Source: an uncultured Chloroflexia bacterium
Lineage (GTDB): Bacteria; Chloroflexota; Limnocylindria; QHBO01
Direction of reading: 5' to 3'
NCBI GenBank assembly: GCA_963838125.1
Contig: CAWIPT010000004.1
Coordinates: forward strand, 78,007 to 142,006
DNA: 64,000 nt
Position numbers and translations under genes: made by a program. The notes under the pieces were generated by a model, which saw only the letters and a program-made list of their open reading frames with translations, searched no databases and was not told the origin of the DNA. Below are positions 48,365 through 58,092 of the stretch, piece by piece. The stretch's first letter is position 1. The number at the start of each line of letters is the position of its first letter.

Positions 48365-49948
48365 ATGAACGTGGTCGCCGATCCGGCGCACGCCCCCGCG
48401 GGACCCAAGGGGACCCGCCTCCCCACCGCCAAGTCGGTCATCTACGATCCGACCCCTGCCGAGCTCCAGGCCCTGACCGCCGCCATGCCGCAGGCGCGGC
48501 GGACGGCCTTCGGAAACTACAACGTCCAGACCCGGGTCGTGAGCCGGTCGAAGGGCTCCACCCACATCGTCACCGACGATCCGTCGATCACCAACGACCA
48601 GACCATCACCCGCGCCGAGGGGGCGCGGATCGCCGCCCTGCAGGACGCGTACATCGCGGGCCGGGAGATGGTGGTGGTGGACGGGTTCATTGGCAACGAC
48701 CCCGAGTACCGGTCGCGCGCCCGCCTCTACATCGAGACCGCCAACGCGAACATCGCCGGCATGCAGCAGCAGCTGTATTTCCCCCCGGACCGGCTGGCCG
48801 CGGACTGGGAGCCGGAGCTGGTGATGATCTACACCCCCAACCTGGCCATGCCTGGCTACCCCGATGATCGGCTCATCGCCGTGGACCTCGAGTCCGGCGT
48901 GACCCGGGTCATGAACTCCGACTACTTCGGGGAGTCCAAGAAGGGCGGCCTGCGGATGTGGAACGCCAAGGTGTTCCACGCCGGCGGGCTGGCCATGCAC
49001 GCCGGGTGCAAGGTCGTCCCGACCGATGGCGGTGAGCGGACGATCCTGATCATCGGTCTGTCGGGGACCGGCAAGACAACGACCACCTTCACCCGCCAGA
49101 ACGGGTCGCAGCCGGTGCAGGACGACTTCATCGGTCTGTTTCCCGGTGGCAAGGTGGTGGGCACCGAGAACGGGTGCTTCGCAAAGACGTTCGCCCTCGA
49201 TCCGCGCCACGAGCCAGCCATTCACTCGGCGGTGACCAAGCCCGACGCGTACCTGGAGAACGTGTCCCAGCACGAGGTGGACGGCCCGGTCGACTTCTTC
49301 GACGAGGCCTACACCAAGAACGGACGTGCCACCTTTCCCATGGCCTCGCTCGGGATCTGGCGCGACCCGCGCAATATCGGTCCGGTCAACGAGCTCCTCA
49401 TCCTGAACCGCAACGACAACATCATCCCCGGCGTCGCCAGGCTGTCCCGCGAGCAGGCCGCGGCCTACTTCATGCTCGGCGAGACGAAGGGCACCTCTGC
49501 CGGCGGCGCGGCCGAGGAGGGCGTCGCCCTCCGCGTGCCGGGCACGAACCCGTTCTACCCGTACCGCGACGAGGACCAGGCCAATCGGTTCTGGGAGCTG
49601 ATGGGCACCCACCATTTCGACGTGTACCTGGTCAACACCGGGCGGGTCGGCGGCTCGGACGAGGATCCGCAGTCGAAGAAGCTGGAGATCGAGCACTCGG
49701 GAGCCATCGTGGAGGCCATCGCCGAGCAGACCATCACCTGGGAGCGCGACCCGGACTTCGGGTACGACGTGGCCACCGCGGTCCCCGGCATCAACGACCT
49801 CGAGCTGCTCCAGCCGCGACTGCTCTACGAGCGCACGGGCCGCGCGGACGAGTACCGCGCGTGGGTGGAACGGCTGAAGCGCGAGCGCGCCGAGTTCCTG
49901 GCCGGCTTCCCGGGGCTCCGAGCGGAGATCCTGGCCGCCGTCTCCTAG
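48365..49948 (+). CDS. pckA: Phosphoenolpyruvate carboxykinase (ATP)
   Basis: Intact 527-aa ORF: IGLSGTGKTTTTF, DDFIGLF, NGCFAKT, VYLVNTG. Confidence 0.9.
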   Translation: MNVVADPAHAPAGPKGTRLPTAKSVIYDPTPAELQALTAAMPQARRTAFGNYNVQTRVVSRSKGSTHIVTDDPSITNDQTITRAEGARIAALQDAYIAGREMVVVDGFIGNDPEYRSRARLYIETANANIAGMQQQLYFPPDRLAADWEPELVMIYTPNLAMPGYPDDRLIAVDLESGVTRVMNSDYFGESKKGGLRMWNAKVFHAGGLAMHAGCKVVPTDGGERTILIIGLSGTGKTTTTFTRQNGSQPVQDDFIGLFPGGKVVGTENGCFAKTFALDPRHEPAIHSAVTKPDAYLENVSQHEVDGPVDFFDEAYTKNGRATFPMASLGIWRDPRNIGPVNELLILNRNDNIIPGVARLSREQAAAYFMLGETKGTSAGGAAEEGVALRVPGTNPFYPYRDEDQANRFWELMGTHHFDVYLVNTGRVGGSDEDPQSKKLEIEHSGAIVEAIAEQTITWERDPDFGYDVATAVPGINDLELLQPRLLYERTGRADEYRAWVERLKRERAEFLAGFPGLRAEILAAVS

Positions 49949-49951
49949 GGC

Positions 49952-52175
49952 CTACTCGGCGTCCGACCGCAAGCCGGTCACCCGGTACGCGGTCACCGCG
50001 TGGCTGAAGCCCTTCAGGCTGAGCTCCTCGGTCGGCTCGGCCGTGACCCGGCCATCGACCGCGGCGTAGGCTCGCTGACTGAGGAGCGTCTCTCCCGCCG
50101 CGGCCGCTGAGCTGAGCCGGGCGGCCAGGTTGGTCACGGCACCAACGCCCGCGTAGTCGTACCGACCTTCGAAGCCGATCCGCCCGAGGGTCGCGTACCC
50201 GACCGAGATTCCGATCCCCAGGCCCAGGTCGTACCCGCGCCGGTGCCAGCCCTCGGCCAGCTCGGCGAACCGCTCGTGCATGGCCAGGGCGGCCCGGGTG
50301 GCGGCGAGTGGGTGATCGGCAACCGGGGTCGGATCGTTGAAGAAGATCATGAACCCGTCCCCCGCGAAGTGCTCGACCGTCCCGCCGTTGTGGAGCGCGA
50401 TCCGTCCGACCTCGGCGTGGTACTCACGGAGGACGCTGAACAGCTCCTCCGGCTCGGCCGTCTCGGCGAAGGCGGTGAAGCCGCGCATGTCGCAGAACAG
50501 GGCGCTGATCTCGCGCCGATGACCGGCGAGGAGCGCCTCGCCGCCTGGGCTGGACAGCAGGCCCGCGACATGCGGCGCGAAGCTGGCGAGGGCGGCCCGC
50601 TGCCGCTCCACCGTTTCGTACAGCTCGATGTTCGCGATCGCCAGGGCCGCCTGATCGGCGAAGGTCGCGACGAGCGCGATCTCCTGGTCATTGAATGGCC
50701 GGACCTCCAGACGCTGCATCACCAGCACGCCGGCGGGCTCCCCCTCGCGCATCAACGGGACCCCCAGGAGGGTTCGGAACCCGTGGGTTCGCTGCATCTC
50801 CAGCTGGGTGTAATCCGGATCCGCCAGCACATCCGGGATCTGGACCGGTCGCCGTTCGAGGGTCACGCGACCCACGATCGATCCCCGGTCGAGCGCGATG
50901 CGGGATTCCTCGAAGACCTTCGCCAGCTCTTCGGACCGCTCACCGTACGAGGCGGCAATCCGGTAGTTCCCGCTCTCGATGAGTGCCATGTTGCCGGAGT
51001 CCGCCCGCGACAGGCGAGCGGCGCTCTCGGTGACGGTGTTGAGCACGCGCTGCAGCTCGAATTTCGACCTGGCGATCGAGGCCAGCACGTGGGAGACAGC
51101 GGACTCGCGCTCGTACCCTTCGCGGGTCTCCTCCAGAACGCGCGCGAGGCGCATCGTGACCGCGGCCTGCTCGGCAAAGGTGGTCAGGAGGCGGATCTCG
51201 GCGCTCGCTGAACGGGTCGACCTGGCCTCGCCAGATGGAGAGCACACCGATCGGAACGCCCTTGTTGAGCAGCGGGATGGCGAGGAGGGTGCGGAACCCG
51301 ATCTCACGCTGCGCCTCGAGGAGCGTGTACTCGGGGTCGGCGAGCACGTCGACAATCTGGACCGGCTCGAGCTCCATCAGCGCCCGACCCATCGCTGATC
51401 CACGCTCCGGGCCGAACTCCCGACTGCTGATGATCTCCCGGAACGAGGCCGGCACGCCGGCGGTGAAGACCGCGAGCCCAAAGGAGCCGGCGTCCTCGCG
51501 GATGATGTTGCCGTCGTCCGCGCGGGTCAGTCGAGTCGCCGTGTCGATGATCGCCTGCAGGACGCCGGTCAGGTCGAAGTCGGCTCTGGCGATGGCCTGC
51601 AGAACCTCCCGCACCGCGGAATCGCGCTCAACCGCCTCGTGCGTCTCCTCCAACAGGCGCGCGATCCGGATGGCGACGGCGGCCTGGTCGGCGAAGATGG
51701 ACACCAGGGCGACCTCTTCGTCACTGAAGGGGTTCCGGTCGAACCGGCCGAGGCCAAAAGCGCCGATCAAGCCCTCATCCGTGCGGATGGGAACGCCCGC
51801 GAGTGACCTGACGCCCCCAATGCGATAGGCGCCCGCTGCGTACTCTGGATCTGTCGGGACATCATCGATGCGCTCGGCCTTCCCGCTGAGCCCGACGCGG
51901 CCAACGATCGAACTGCGATCGATCGGGTCGGGGTGCTCCCGCTCGTGGGCCCAGTGCTCCGGCGTGCTCCCACTGGCCGAGACGAATCGGAAGACATCGC
52001 CGTCGCGGAGAAAGACAAAGGCGGTATCGGCGTCGCACAAGCTGGCGGCCTCGGCTGCAAGCGCATCGAGGACCGGCTGAAGTTCGAAGCTGGCCCCGCC
52101 GATCGCAGCGAGAACGCGACCGACCGCGTCCAGGGCTGAACGGTTGGCCTGATCAGCGTCAGCGACCCTGGCCAT
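49952..52175 (-). pseudogene. Three GAF domains fused to a class III adenylate cyclase, one frameshift as assembled
   Basis: ORF 50940..52175 (two GAF units) plus ORF 49952..51355 (third GAF; cyclase ISALFCDMRGFTAFAE, HFAGDGFMIFFN, VTNLAARL). Break near 51200 (PFSE-AEIRLLTTFAEQ). Confidence 0.8.
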
Positions 52176-52181
52176 TGGCCG

Positions 52182-52643
52182 CTACACGCCCTCGTGGTCG
52201 GGATCTTCGAGGGAGGCGTCCACGCTGAGCTCGACATTGCCCGCCAGGGCGCGGCTGATCGGGCAGCCGTCCTTGGCCAGGCCCGCGATCCGCTCGAACT
52301 CCTCGATTGGGCAGTCGGGAACGCTGCCGACGACCTGGATGGCTGAGCCGATCACCGTCCAGCCGGCTTCGCGCTTCTCGGCCGAGACCTCGACCACGAC
52401 GTGGACGTGGTCCGGCACGTAGCCCGACTTGGCCAGCTCGTTGGAGATCGCCATGCTGAAGCAGGAGGCATGGGCTGCAGCCAGCAGCTCCTCGGGAGAG
52501 GTCCGGCCGTTCGGTTCCTCGGTACGCGAGCTCCAGCTGGTGGGAAGGTCGGCGAACAGCCCGGTCGTGTGGGCGCTGACGGTGCCGCTCCCCGACAACA
52601 GGTCACCGCTCCACGAAGCGGTTGCGCGACGGACGGTGGCCAT
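52182..52643 (-). CDS. osmC: OsmC-family peroxiredoxin
   Basis: ORF 52182..52760 from ATG 52643 (AGGAGG upstream): GRTSPEELLAAAHASCFSMA and AKDGCPISRAL. Confidence 0.85.
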   Translation of the reverse strand: MATVRRATASWSGDLLSGSGTVSAHTTGLFADLPTSWSSRTEEPNGRTSPEELLAAAHASCFSMAISNELAKSGYVPDHVHVVVEVSAEKREAGWTVIGSAIQVVGSVPDCPIEEFERIAGLAKDGCPISRALAGNVELSVDASLEDPDHEGV

Positions 52644-52719
52644 CGGTATCGGTCCTCCTAGTATCCTCGGCAGCAGAGCCGAATGCCCTTTCGGCAAGCC
52701 TAGCGCAGCCGGTGCACTG

Positions 52720-53326
52720 ATGACCGAGCCCCAATCGGTTCCGCGACCGAAGCCGACCATTCGCGGCGAGCTGATCTACCTGCGGCCCGCGGAGCGGGAG
52801 GACCTCCCTCGCTTCGTGCGCTGGTTCGCCGATGCCGAGACCACGCGCTTCCTCAAGGCGCGCGCCCCATTCAGCCTGGCCATGGAGGAGCAGTGGTTCA
52901 CGGACATGACCGCTGGCCAGGGCAAGACCGATTACCACTTCGTGATCTGCCGCCTGACCGATGACGAGCCGATTGGCACGGCCGGGCTCCACGACCTGGA
53001 CCTGGTCAACGGCAACGCGGAGTTCGGGATCAGCATCGGCGAGAAGTCGGAGTGGAATCAGGGCTATGGCACGGACGCCCTGCACGCGATCTGCGACTTC
53101 GGCTTCGGGGAGCTGCGCCTGTGGCGGATCGAGCTCGAGGTGTACGAGGGCAACGCGCGGGCGCGGCGCTCGTACGAGAAGGCCGGCTTCACCCTCGAGG
53201 GAACGCTCCGCCAGCGCCATTTCGCCGAAGGGCTGGCACTCGGATGTTCTGATCATGGCCCTGCTCCGCCCCGAATGGGAGGCGCAGGACCGCCAACGCA
53301 GCTGGGAGCTGAACGAGCTCGGCTGA
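52720..53326 (+). pseudogene. GNAT N-acetyltransferase (RimJ/RimL-like), one frameshift near the 3' end as assembled
   Basis: ORF 52429..53811 from ATG 52720 (LRPAEREDLPRFVRWF, WNQGYGTDAL, NARARRSYEKAGF) plus the end of ORF 52961..53326 (WHSDVLIMALLRPEW). Removing one G of GGG 53230-53232 joins them. Confidence 0.8.
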
Positions 53327-53345
53327 GGGCCGGCGCTCGCTCCGC

Positions 53346-54326
53346 ATGTTCGAGCTGCGCCGCGACCCGGTCACCGGCTGGTGGTCGGCCATCGTCACCG
53401 ACCGGGCGTTCGAGCACGCCTCGTTCACCGTGGAGGCGGCCCCGGTCGAAGGCACCCACTGCCGCCACTGCGACGACTCGCCGGAAGACGATGACGACGC
53501 CGTCCGACGGGTCGTCCTGCGACCGGACGCGTTCGAGATCGTCCCGCCGGGGCGGGACTGGAACCCGCAGGTCGAGATGCTGCCCGAGGAGAACCCCGAC
53601 ACGCGCGGGTCGTGGGAGATCGTCGTCGGGCCGCGCGACCATCACGAGCGGTTCGCGGACGCCAGCCCGCACCTGGCCGAGAAGCTCCTCCGCCACGCGC
53701 GGGACGGCATGCGCGAGCTGGGGGCCGCCGCTCAGCCGCCGGACGAGCCGATCTACCTCCAGGTCCTCCAGAACCACGGCCGGCAGGCCGGGTCGCGGAC
53801 GTCACACCTGAACTTCGAGCTGTACGCCATTCCGCAGGTCCCGCATCGGGTGGCGGAGGAGATCGGCGGTGCCGCGCGCCACATGATCAGCCGCCAGAGC
53901 TGCGCCTGGTGCGCGATGGCCGAGGCGGAGGAGGAGGATGGCACGCGCCTGGTTCTGGCCGACGAGCGGTTCGTGGTCCTGGCGCCGGCCGCCAGCCGCT
54001 CCCCGTTCGAGCTGTGGGTCATCCCTCGCGAGCACGCGGCGGACTTCACCCGACTGGATGACGAGGCGCTGGGGGCGTGCCGTGCCACGCTCCAGCGGGC
54101 GCTCGGGGCGCTGGGGGTCCTGGGTGACCCGCCATACAACCTGTTCCTCCACACCTCCCCCGCCGGCGAGCGCCTGGACCAGACGTTCCACTGGCACTGG
54201 GAGCTCCATCCCAGGCTCCGGGTCATCGCCGGCCTCGAGCGCGCCACCGCCCTGGCTGTCAACCCGGCCGCGCCGGAGTACGCAGCGGAGGTCCTTCGCG
54301 ACCATCTCGCGTCGGCCGGCCATTGA
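53346..54326 (+). CDS. GalT-like (HIT-superfamily, galactose-1-phosphate uridylyltransferase fold) protein with atypical active-site motif
   Basis: Intact 326-aa ORF: HCRHC, NHGRQAGSRTSHLNFELYA in place of the canonical ...SxPHPHxQ, second-half FHWHWELHP. Confidence 0.6.
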   Translation: MFELRRDPVTGWWSAIVTDRAFEHASFTVEAAPVEGTHCRHCDDSPEDDDDAVRRVVLRPDAFEIVPPGRDWNPQVEMLPEENPDTRGSWEIVVGPRDHHERFADASPHLAEKLLRHARDGMRELGAAAQPPDEPIYLQVLQNHGRQAGSRTSHLNFELYAIPQVPHRVAEEIGGAARHMISRQSCAWCAMAEAEEEDGTRLVLADERFVVLAPAASRSPFELWVIPREHAADFTRLDDEALGACRATLQRALGALGVLGDPPYNLFLHTSPAGERLDQTFHWHWELHPRLRVIAGLERATALAVNPAAPEYAAEVLRDHLASAGH

Positions 54327-54382
54327 CGGGCCGGGCGGGCGCATCGGTATACTCACGGTCCATTCCCAAGTGCCCCTTTAAC

Positions 54383-54400
54383 GCGGTCCGGAGAGGCCGC
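54383..54400 (+). promoter_or_regulatory. Putative PyrR-binding RNA stem-loop directly upstream of the pyrR ribosome-binding site
   Basis: GCGG-UCCGGAGAGG-CCGC matches the PyrR loop consensus UCCAGAGAGG at 9/10. It is followed by AAGGAG (54402-54407) and ATG 54411/54417. Confidence 0.6.
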
Positions 54401-54410
54401 CAAGGAGCCG

Positions 54411-55001
54411 ATGCCCATGCCACCTGAGCGCCGCATCTTCGACGCCGACGACCTCCGGCGTGCCCTGGTCCGGATGGCCCACGAGATCGTCGAGGGCCAT
54501 GGCGGGGCCGATGACCTGGTCCTGGTCGGCCTGCGCACGCGGGGATATCCGCTGGCCGAGCGCCTCGCCAACCTCATCGAGGAGCAGGAGAACGTGCGCC
54601 TGCCGGTGGGATCGCTGGACATCACCTTCTATCGGGACGACCTCACCAGGCTGGCCCACGCGCCCATCGTCAAGCGCTCCGACCTCGGTCCCGAGGTCAC
54701 CGACCGGACCGTGGTCCTGGTCGACGACGTGCTCTACACCGGGCGCACCATCCGCGCCGCCCTGGACGCGCTGACCGATCACGGCCGTCCGCGGGCGGTC
54801 CGCCTGGCGGTGGTGGTGGACCGCGGGCATCGCGAGCTCCCCATCCGCCCCGACTTCGTGGGCAAGAACATCCCGACCAGCTCGGACGAGATCGTCCACG
54901 TCCGCCTGCTGGAGACCGATGGGACCGATGAGGTGGTCATCTCGCGCGCGGAGGGGGCGGAGACGCCTGGGTCGACGGAGTCCGAGGTGTCGGTCGGATG
55001 A
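54411..55001 (+). CDS. pyrR: Bifunctional pyrimidine operon regulator / uracil phosphoribosyltransferase PyrR
   Basis: Intact 196-aa ORF: [38 protein letters not shown]. Confidence 0.9.
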   Translation: MPMPPERRIFDADDLRRALVRMAHEIVEGHGGADDLVLVGLRTRGYPLAERLANLIEEQENVRLPVGSLDITFYRDDLTRLAHAPIVKRSDLGPEVTDRTVVLVDDVLYTGRTIRAALDALTDHGRPRAVRLAVVVDRGHRELPIRPDFVGKNIPTSSDEIVHVRLLETDGTDEVVISRAEGAETPGSTESEVSVG

Positions 55002-55937
55002 CGCTGGCGCGGACGGGCACCTGGACGCGGCGGCACCTGCTCGACGTCGACGAGCTGGCGCGCGAGGACCTCGAGGGCGTCCTGGACCTGAGCGCGGAGC
55101 TCCGCGCCCGCCGGGAGGCCGGCGAGCTGCCCGATCCGCTGCGCGGCACGCCGGTGGGGCTGGCCTTCTTCGAGGCCTCGACCCGGACGCGGGTGTCCTT
55201 CGAGCTCGCGGCGCGCGAGCTGGGCGCGACGGTGACCGACCTGTCGGTGGCCGGCAGCAGCGTGGCCAAGGGCGAGTCCCTGGTCGACACCCTCCGCACC
55301 ATGGAGCGGACCGGAATACGAATGATCGTGCTCCGTCATGGCGCGAGCGGCGCGCCCTATCTCGCTGCCCGGTCGCTGGAGAAGGTGGCGGTGCTGAACG
55401 GCGGTGACGGGACCCACGCTCATCCGACCCAGGCCCTGCTGGACGCCCTCACCCTGCGCGAGGCCCTGGGCTCCCTGGAGGGCGCGCGGATCGTGATCGT
55501 GGGCGACGCCGCCCATTCGCGGGTGGCCCGCTCGAACCTCCACGCCCTGGTTCGCCTGGGCGCGTCAGTCGTCCTGTGTGGGCCGCCGGCCTGGGTCATG
55601 CCCTTTGCCGGCTGGGGAGGCGTGACCGTCGTCCACGACCTGCACCAGGCGCTCGTCGGGCGCCGACGCGGTCATGGCCCTCCGCGTCCAGCTCGAGCGT
55701 GCCGCGGGCACTGGCGTGCCGTCCCTGGCCGAGTACGTCGAGGGCTGGGGCCTGAACGCGGAACGCCTCGACCGGGCCTGCCCGGAGGCCTGGATCCTCC
55801 ATCCGGGTCCGGCCAACGAGGGCGTCGAGATCAGCGCCGAGCTGTCCACGGCCCCGCGTTCGCTCATCGCGCGCCAGGTCGAGAACGGCGTGCCCGTCCG
55901 GATGGCCGTCCTCTCCCTGCTGGCGGAGGACCGATGA
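54998..55937 (+). pseudogene. pyrB: Aspartate carbamoyltransferase catalytic subunit, one frameshift as assembled
   Basis: First ~220 aa of ORF 54998..57337 (FFEASTRTRVSFE, HPTQALLD) plus ORF 55674..55937 ([22 protein letters not shown]). Removing one G of GGG 55658-55660 gives [12 protein letters not shown]. Native TGA 55935-55937 overlaps the pyrC ATG. Confidence 0.9.
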
Positions 55938-57337
55938 GCGCCAGGGCCCGGTTCGGGTCGCTGAACGATCCAGCCGGCAGCTTCGTCCTGCGCGGGGTGC
56001 GCGTGATCGACCCCGAGGCGGGGACCGATGCCATCCGCGACCTGTCGGTGGTCGACGGCGTGATCCAGGAGGACCTCGCGCCGTTCGAGGTCCCGCGCGT
56101 CGACGCCATGGGGCTGATCGCCGCCCCGGGATTCTGTGACCTGCACGCGCACCTGCGGACCCCCGGCACCGGGGGCGTGGAGACCATCGCATCGGGCACG
56201 CGAGCAGCCGCCCATGGCGGGTTCACGACCGTATGCGCGATGCCCAACACCGATCCGCCGCTGGATGATCCGTGGCGGCTGCGCGGCGTGACCGCGGCCG
56301 TGGCCGATGCCTCCGCCGAGGTCCGGGTCATCGCTGCCGCGACCCACGCCCGTGAGGGTGAGCGGCTGACCGACTACGCGGCGCTGGCAGAAGCCGGCGC
56401 GGTAGCGGTGAGCGACGACGGCGCGTCGATCGCCAGCGCGGCGGTCACTCGCCGGGCGTTGACCTATCTCCAGCCCCTGGGCCTCCCCCTCGTCGAGCAT
56501 GCCGAGGAATCGAGCCTCGCAGCCGGAGCGGTCATGCGCTCGGGCGTCACCGCCACCCGGCTGGGCCTGGGCGGGTGGCCGGCCAGTGCCGAGGCGACGA
56601 TCGTGGAACGCGACCTCACCCTGGCCGCCGAGACCGGGGGCTGGGTCCACTTCACCCACCTGTCCACGGCCGCGGCGCTGGGCGTCATCCGGCGGGCGCG
56701 CGCCGCCGGGGTGCGCGTGACATGCGACGTGACGCCCCACCATCTCGCCCTGACCGATGCCTGGGTCGCCGGCGACCGCCGCTTCGCATGGGAGGACCAC
56801 GACGACGAACCAGTCGAGCTCGATCCGGCGACCGCCTACGACGGGAACTGCCGGGTCAACCCCCCGCTGCCCACCGCCGGCGACGCCATCGCCCTCCTGG
56901 CCGGCGTGCTGGACGGGTCGATCGACGCCATCGCCACCGACCACGCACCCCATCCCCCCGAGCGCAAGCAGGTGCCATTCGACGAGGCCGCGCCGGGGCT
57001 CATCGGCCTGGAGACGGCCCTCGGCATCGGCCTGCTGGCCGTGCGCGCCGGCCGGCTGAGCCTGCTGAGCCTGCTGAGCGCGCTGTCCCTGCGGCCGGCT
57101 GCCCTCATCGGCGAGTCGCGCTCGCTGGCCGGCGGCGCGATGGCCAACCTGGTCGTCTTCGACCCGGCCGCCAGCTGGCGGGTCGAGCCCGACACCCTCG
57201 CCAGCCAGTCGGCGAACACGCCGCTGCTGGGCATGGAGCTGCCCGGTGTGGTGCGGCTGACGGTGGCCCGGGGACGGGTGACCTACGACGACGGGCTGGT
57301 CGGCGGGCCTGACGCCATTCGAGTCGAGGCGCGGTGA
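55934..57337 (+). CDS. pyrC: Dihydroorotase
   Basis: From ATG 55934 within ORF 54998..57337: [40 protein letters not shown]. Confidence 0.9.
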   Translation: MSARARFGSLNDPAGSFVLRGVRVIDPEAGTDAIRDLSVVDGVIQEDLAPFEVPRVDAMGLIAAPGFCDLHAHLRTPGTGGVETIASGTRAAAHGGFTTVCAMPNTDPPLDDPWRLRGVTAAVADASAEVRVIAAATHAREGERLTDYAALAEAGAVAVSDDGASIASAAVTRRALTYLQPLGLPLVEHAEESSLAAGAVMRSGVTATRLGLGGWPASAEATIVERDLTLAAETGGWVHFTHLSTAAALGVIRRARAAGVRVTCDVTPHHLALTDAWVAGDRRFAWEDHDDEPVELDPATAYDGNCRVNPPLPTAGDAIALLAGVLDGSIDAIATDHAPHPPERKQVPFDEAAPGLIGLETALGIGLLAVRAGRLSLLSLLSALSLRPAALIGESRSLAGGAMANLVVFDPAASWRVEPDTLASQSANTPLLGMELPGVVRLTVARGRVTYDDGLVGGPDAIRVEAR

Positions 57338-57358
57338 GCCGCACCACCTTGTGGCACG

Positions 57359-57754
57359 ATGCGGGGCCGCATGGCCATCCGCATGAACGAGGAGCTCGAC
57401 CCCAACGAGGGCCCCGGCCTGGGCTGCTTCACCGTTCAGGCCATTCTGTTCGCGGCCATCCTGCTGCTCATCCCGATCGGAGTCTTCTCGCTTGGCTGGC
57501 CGGTGTGGCTCCTGACCGCGCTGCTGGTGGTGGCCATCGTCCTGCTGTTCTTCATCTCGATGACCTCGGTCTTCCTGCTCCGCGTGTTCTTCGCCGCCCG
57601 TCGGACGGGCCGCGGTCGAACGTACGGGGCGACAGCACCGCCGGTCAGCATCGATACTGAAGCGCCCGAATCGGTCAGCCAGCTACCAGCGGACGAGCCG
57701 CCCGCCTCGGTTGGTCCGCCCCCATCGGTCAAACCCGACGAGAGCCAGGAGTAG
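57359..57754 (+). CDS. Small membrane protein of unknown function (same position as the membrane protein after pyrC in mycobacterial pyr operons)
   Basis: 131-aa ORF with two TM helices (FTVQAILFAAILLLIPIGVF, WLLTALLVVAIVLLFFISMTSVFLL). Confidence 0.5.
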   Translation: MRGRMAIRMNEELDPNEGPGLGCFTVQAILFAAILLLIPIGVFSLGWPVWLLTALLVVAIVLLFFISMTSVFLLRVFFAARRTGRGRTYGATAPPVSIDTEAPESVSQLPADEPPASVGPPPSVKPDESQE

Positions 57755-57759
57755 CGCCC

Positions 57760-58092
57760 GTGCCCCTGATGGTGACCTTCTTCAACGTCCGCCAGGGCGT
57801 GCTGCGCGACACGATGTTCAAGCGTGGCATGCGGCACTTCTTCCCGAAGCGAGCCCGGGAGTACGAGGCGCGCTACGGGATCCGGTTCATCGGCTGGTTC
57901 AACGTGACCGAGGGCTCGGAGTGGAACAACGTGATCATCTTCGACCTGCCCAGCTACACCGTCCTGGACGAGATGTACGCGGACCCGGCCACCCGGCGGC
58001 TGGGCCACACCGTGGCGGAGTCGATCATGAGCACCAAGCACGTCATGTTCCTCCGCGAGCGGATGGGGCCGGACTTGGTGTACAAGCCGTGA
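57760..58092 (+). CDS. Hypothetical protein (110 aa, alpha+beta-like)
   Basis: Intact ORF MPLMVTFFNVRQG...IRFIGWFNVTEGSEWNNVIIFDLPSY; its stop overlaps the next start (GTGA). Confidence 0.45.
   Translation: MPLMVTFFNVRQGVLRDTMFKRGMRHFFPKRAREYEARYGIRFIGWFNVTEGSEWNNVIIFDLPSYTVLDEMYADPATRRLGHTVAESIMSTKHVMFLRERMGPDLVYKP

Noticed and set aside
57055-57080. Tandem 9-bp repeat CTGAGCCTG x2 plus a partial copy
   Set aside because: It lies inside pyrC and simply encodes LSLLSLLS in a Leu/Ser-rich helix. It is too short and isolated to be a meaningful repeat element.
54998-57337. A 779-aa ORF that looks like a PyrB-PyrC fusion protein
   Set aside because: The middle ~90 aa are Arg/Gly/Pro-rich nonsense. 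ORF 55674..55937 carries the true PyrB C-terminus ([13 protein letters not shown]) ending at TGA 55935-55937, which overlaps the pyrC ATG 55934. One extra G in GGG 55658-55660 creates the apparent fusion.
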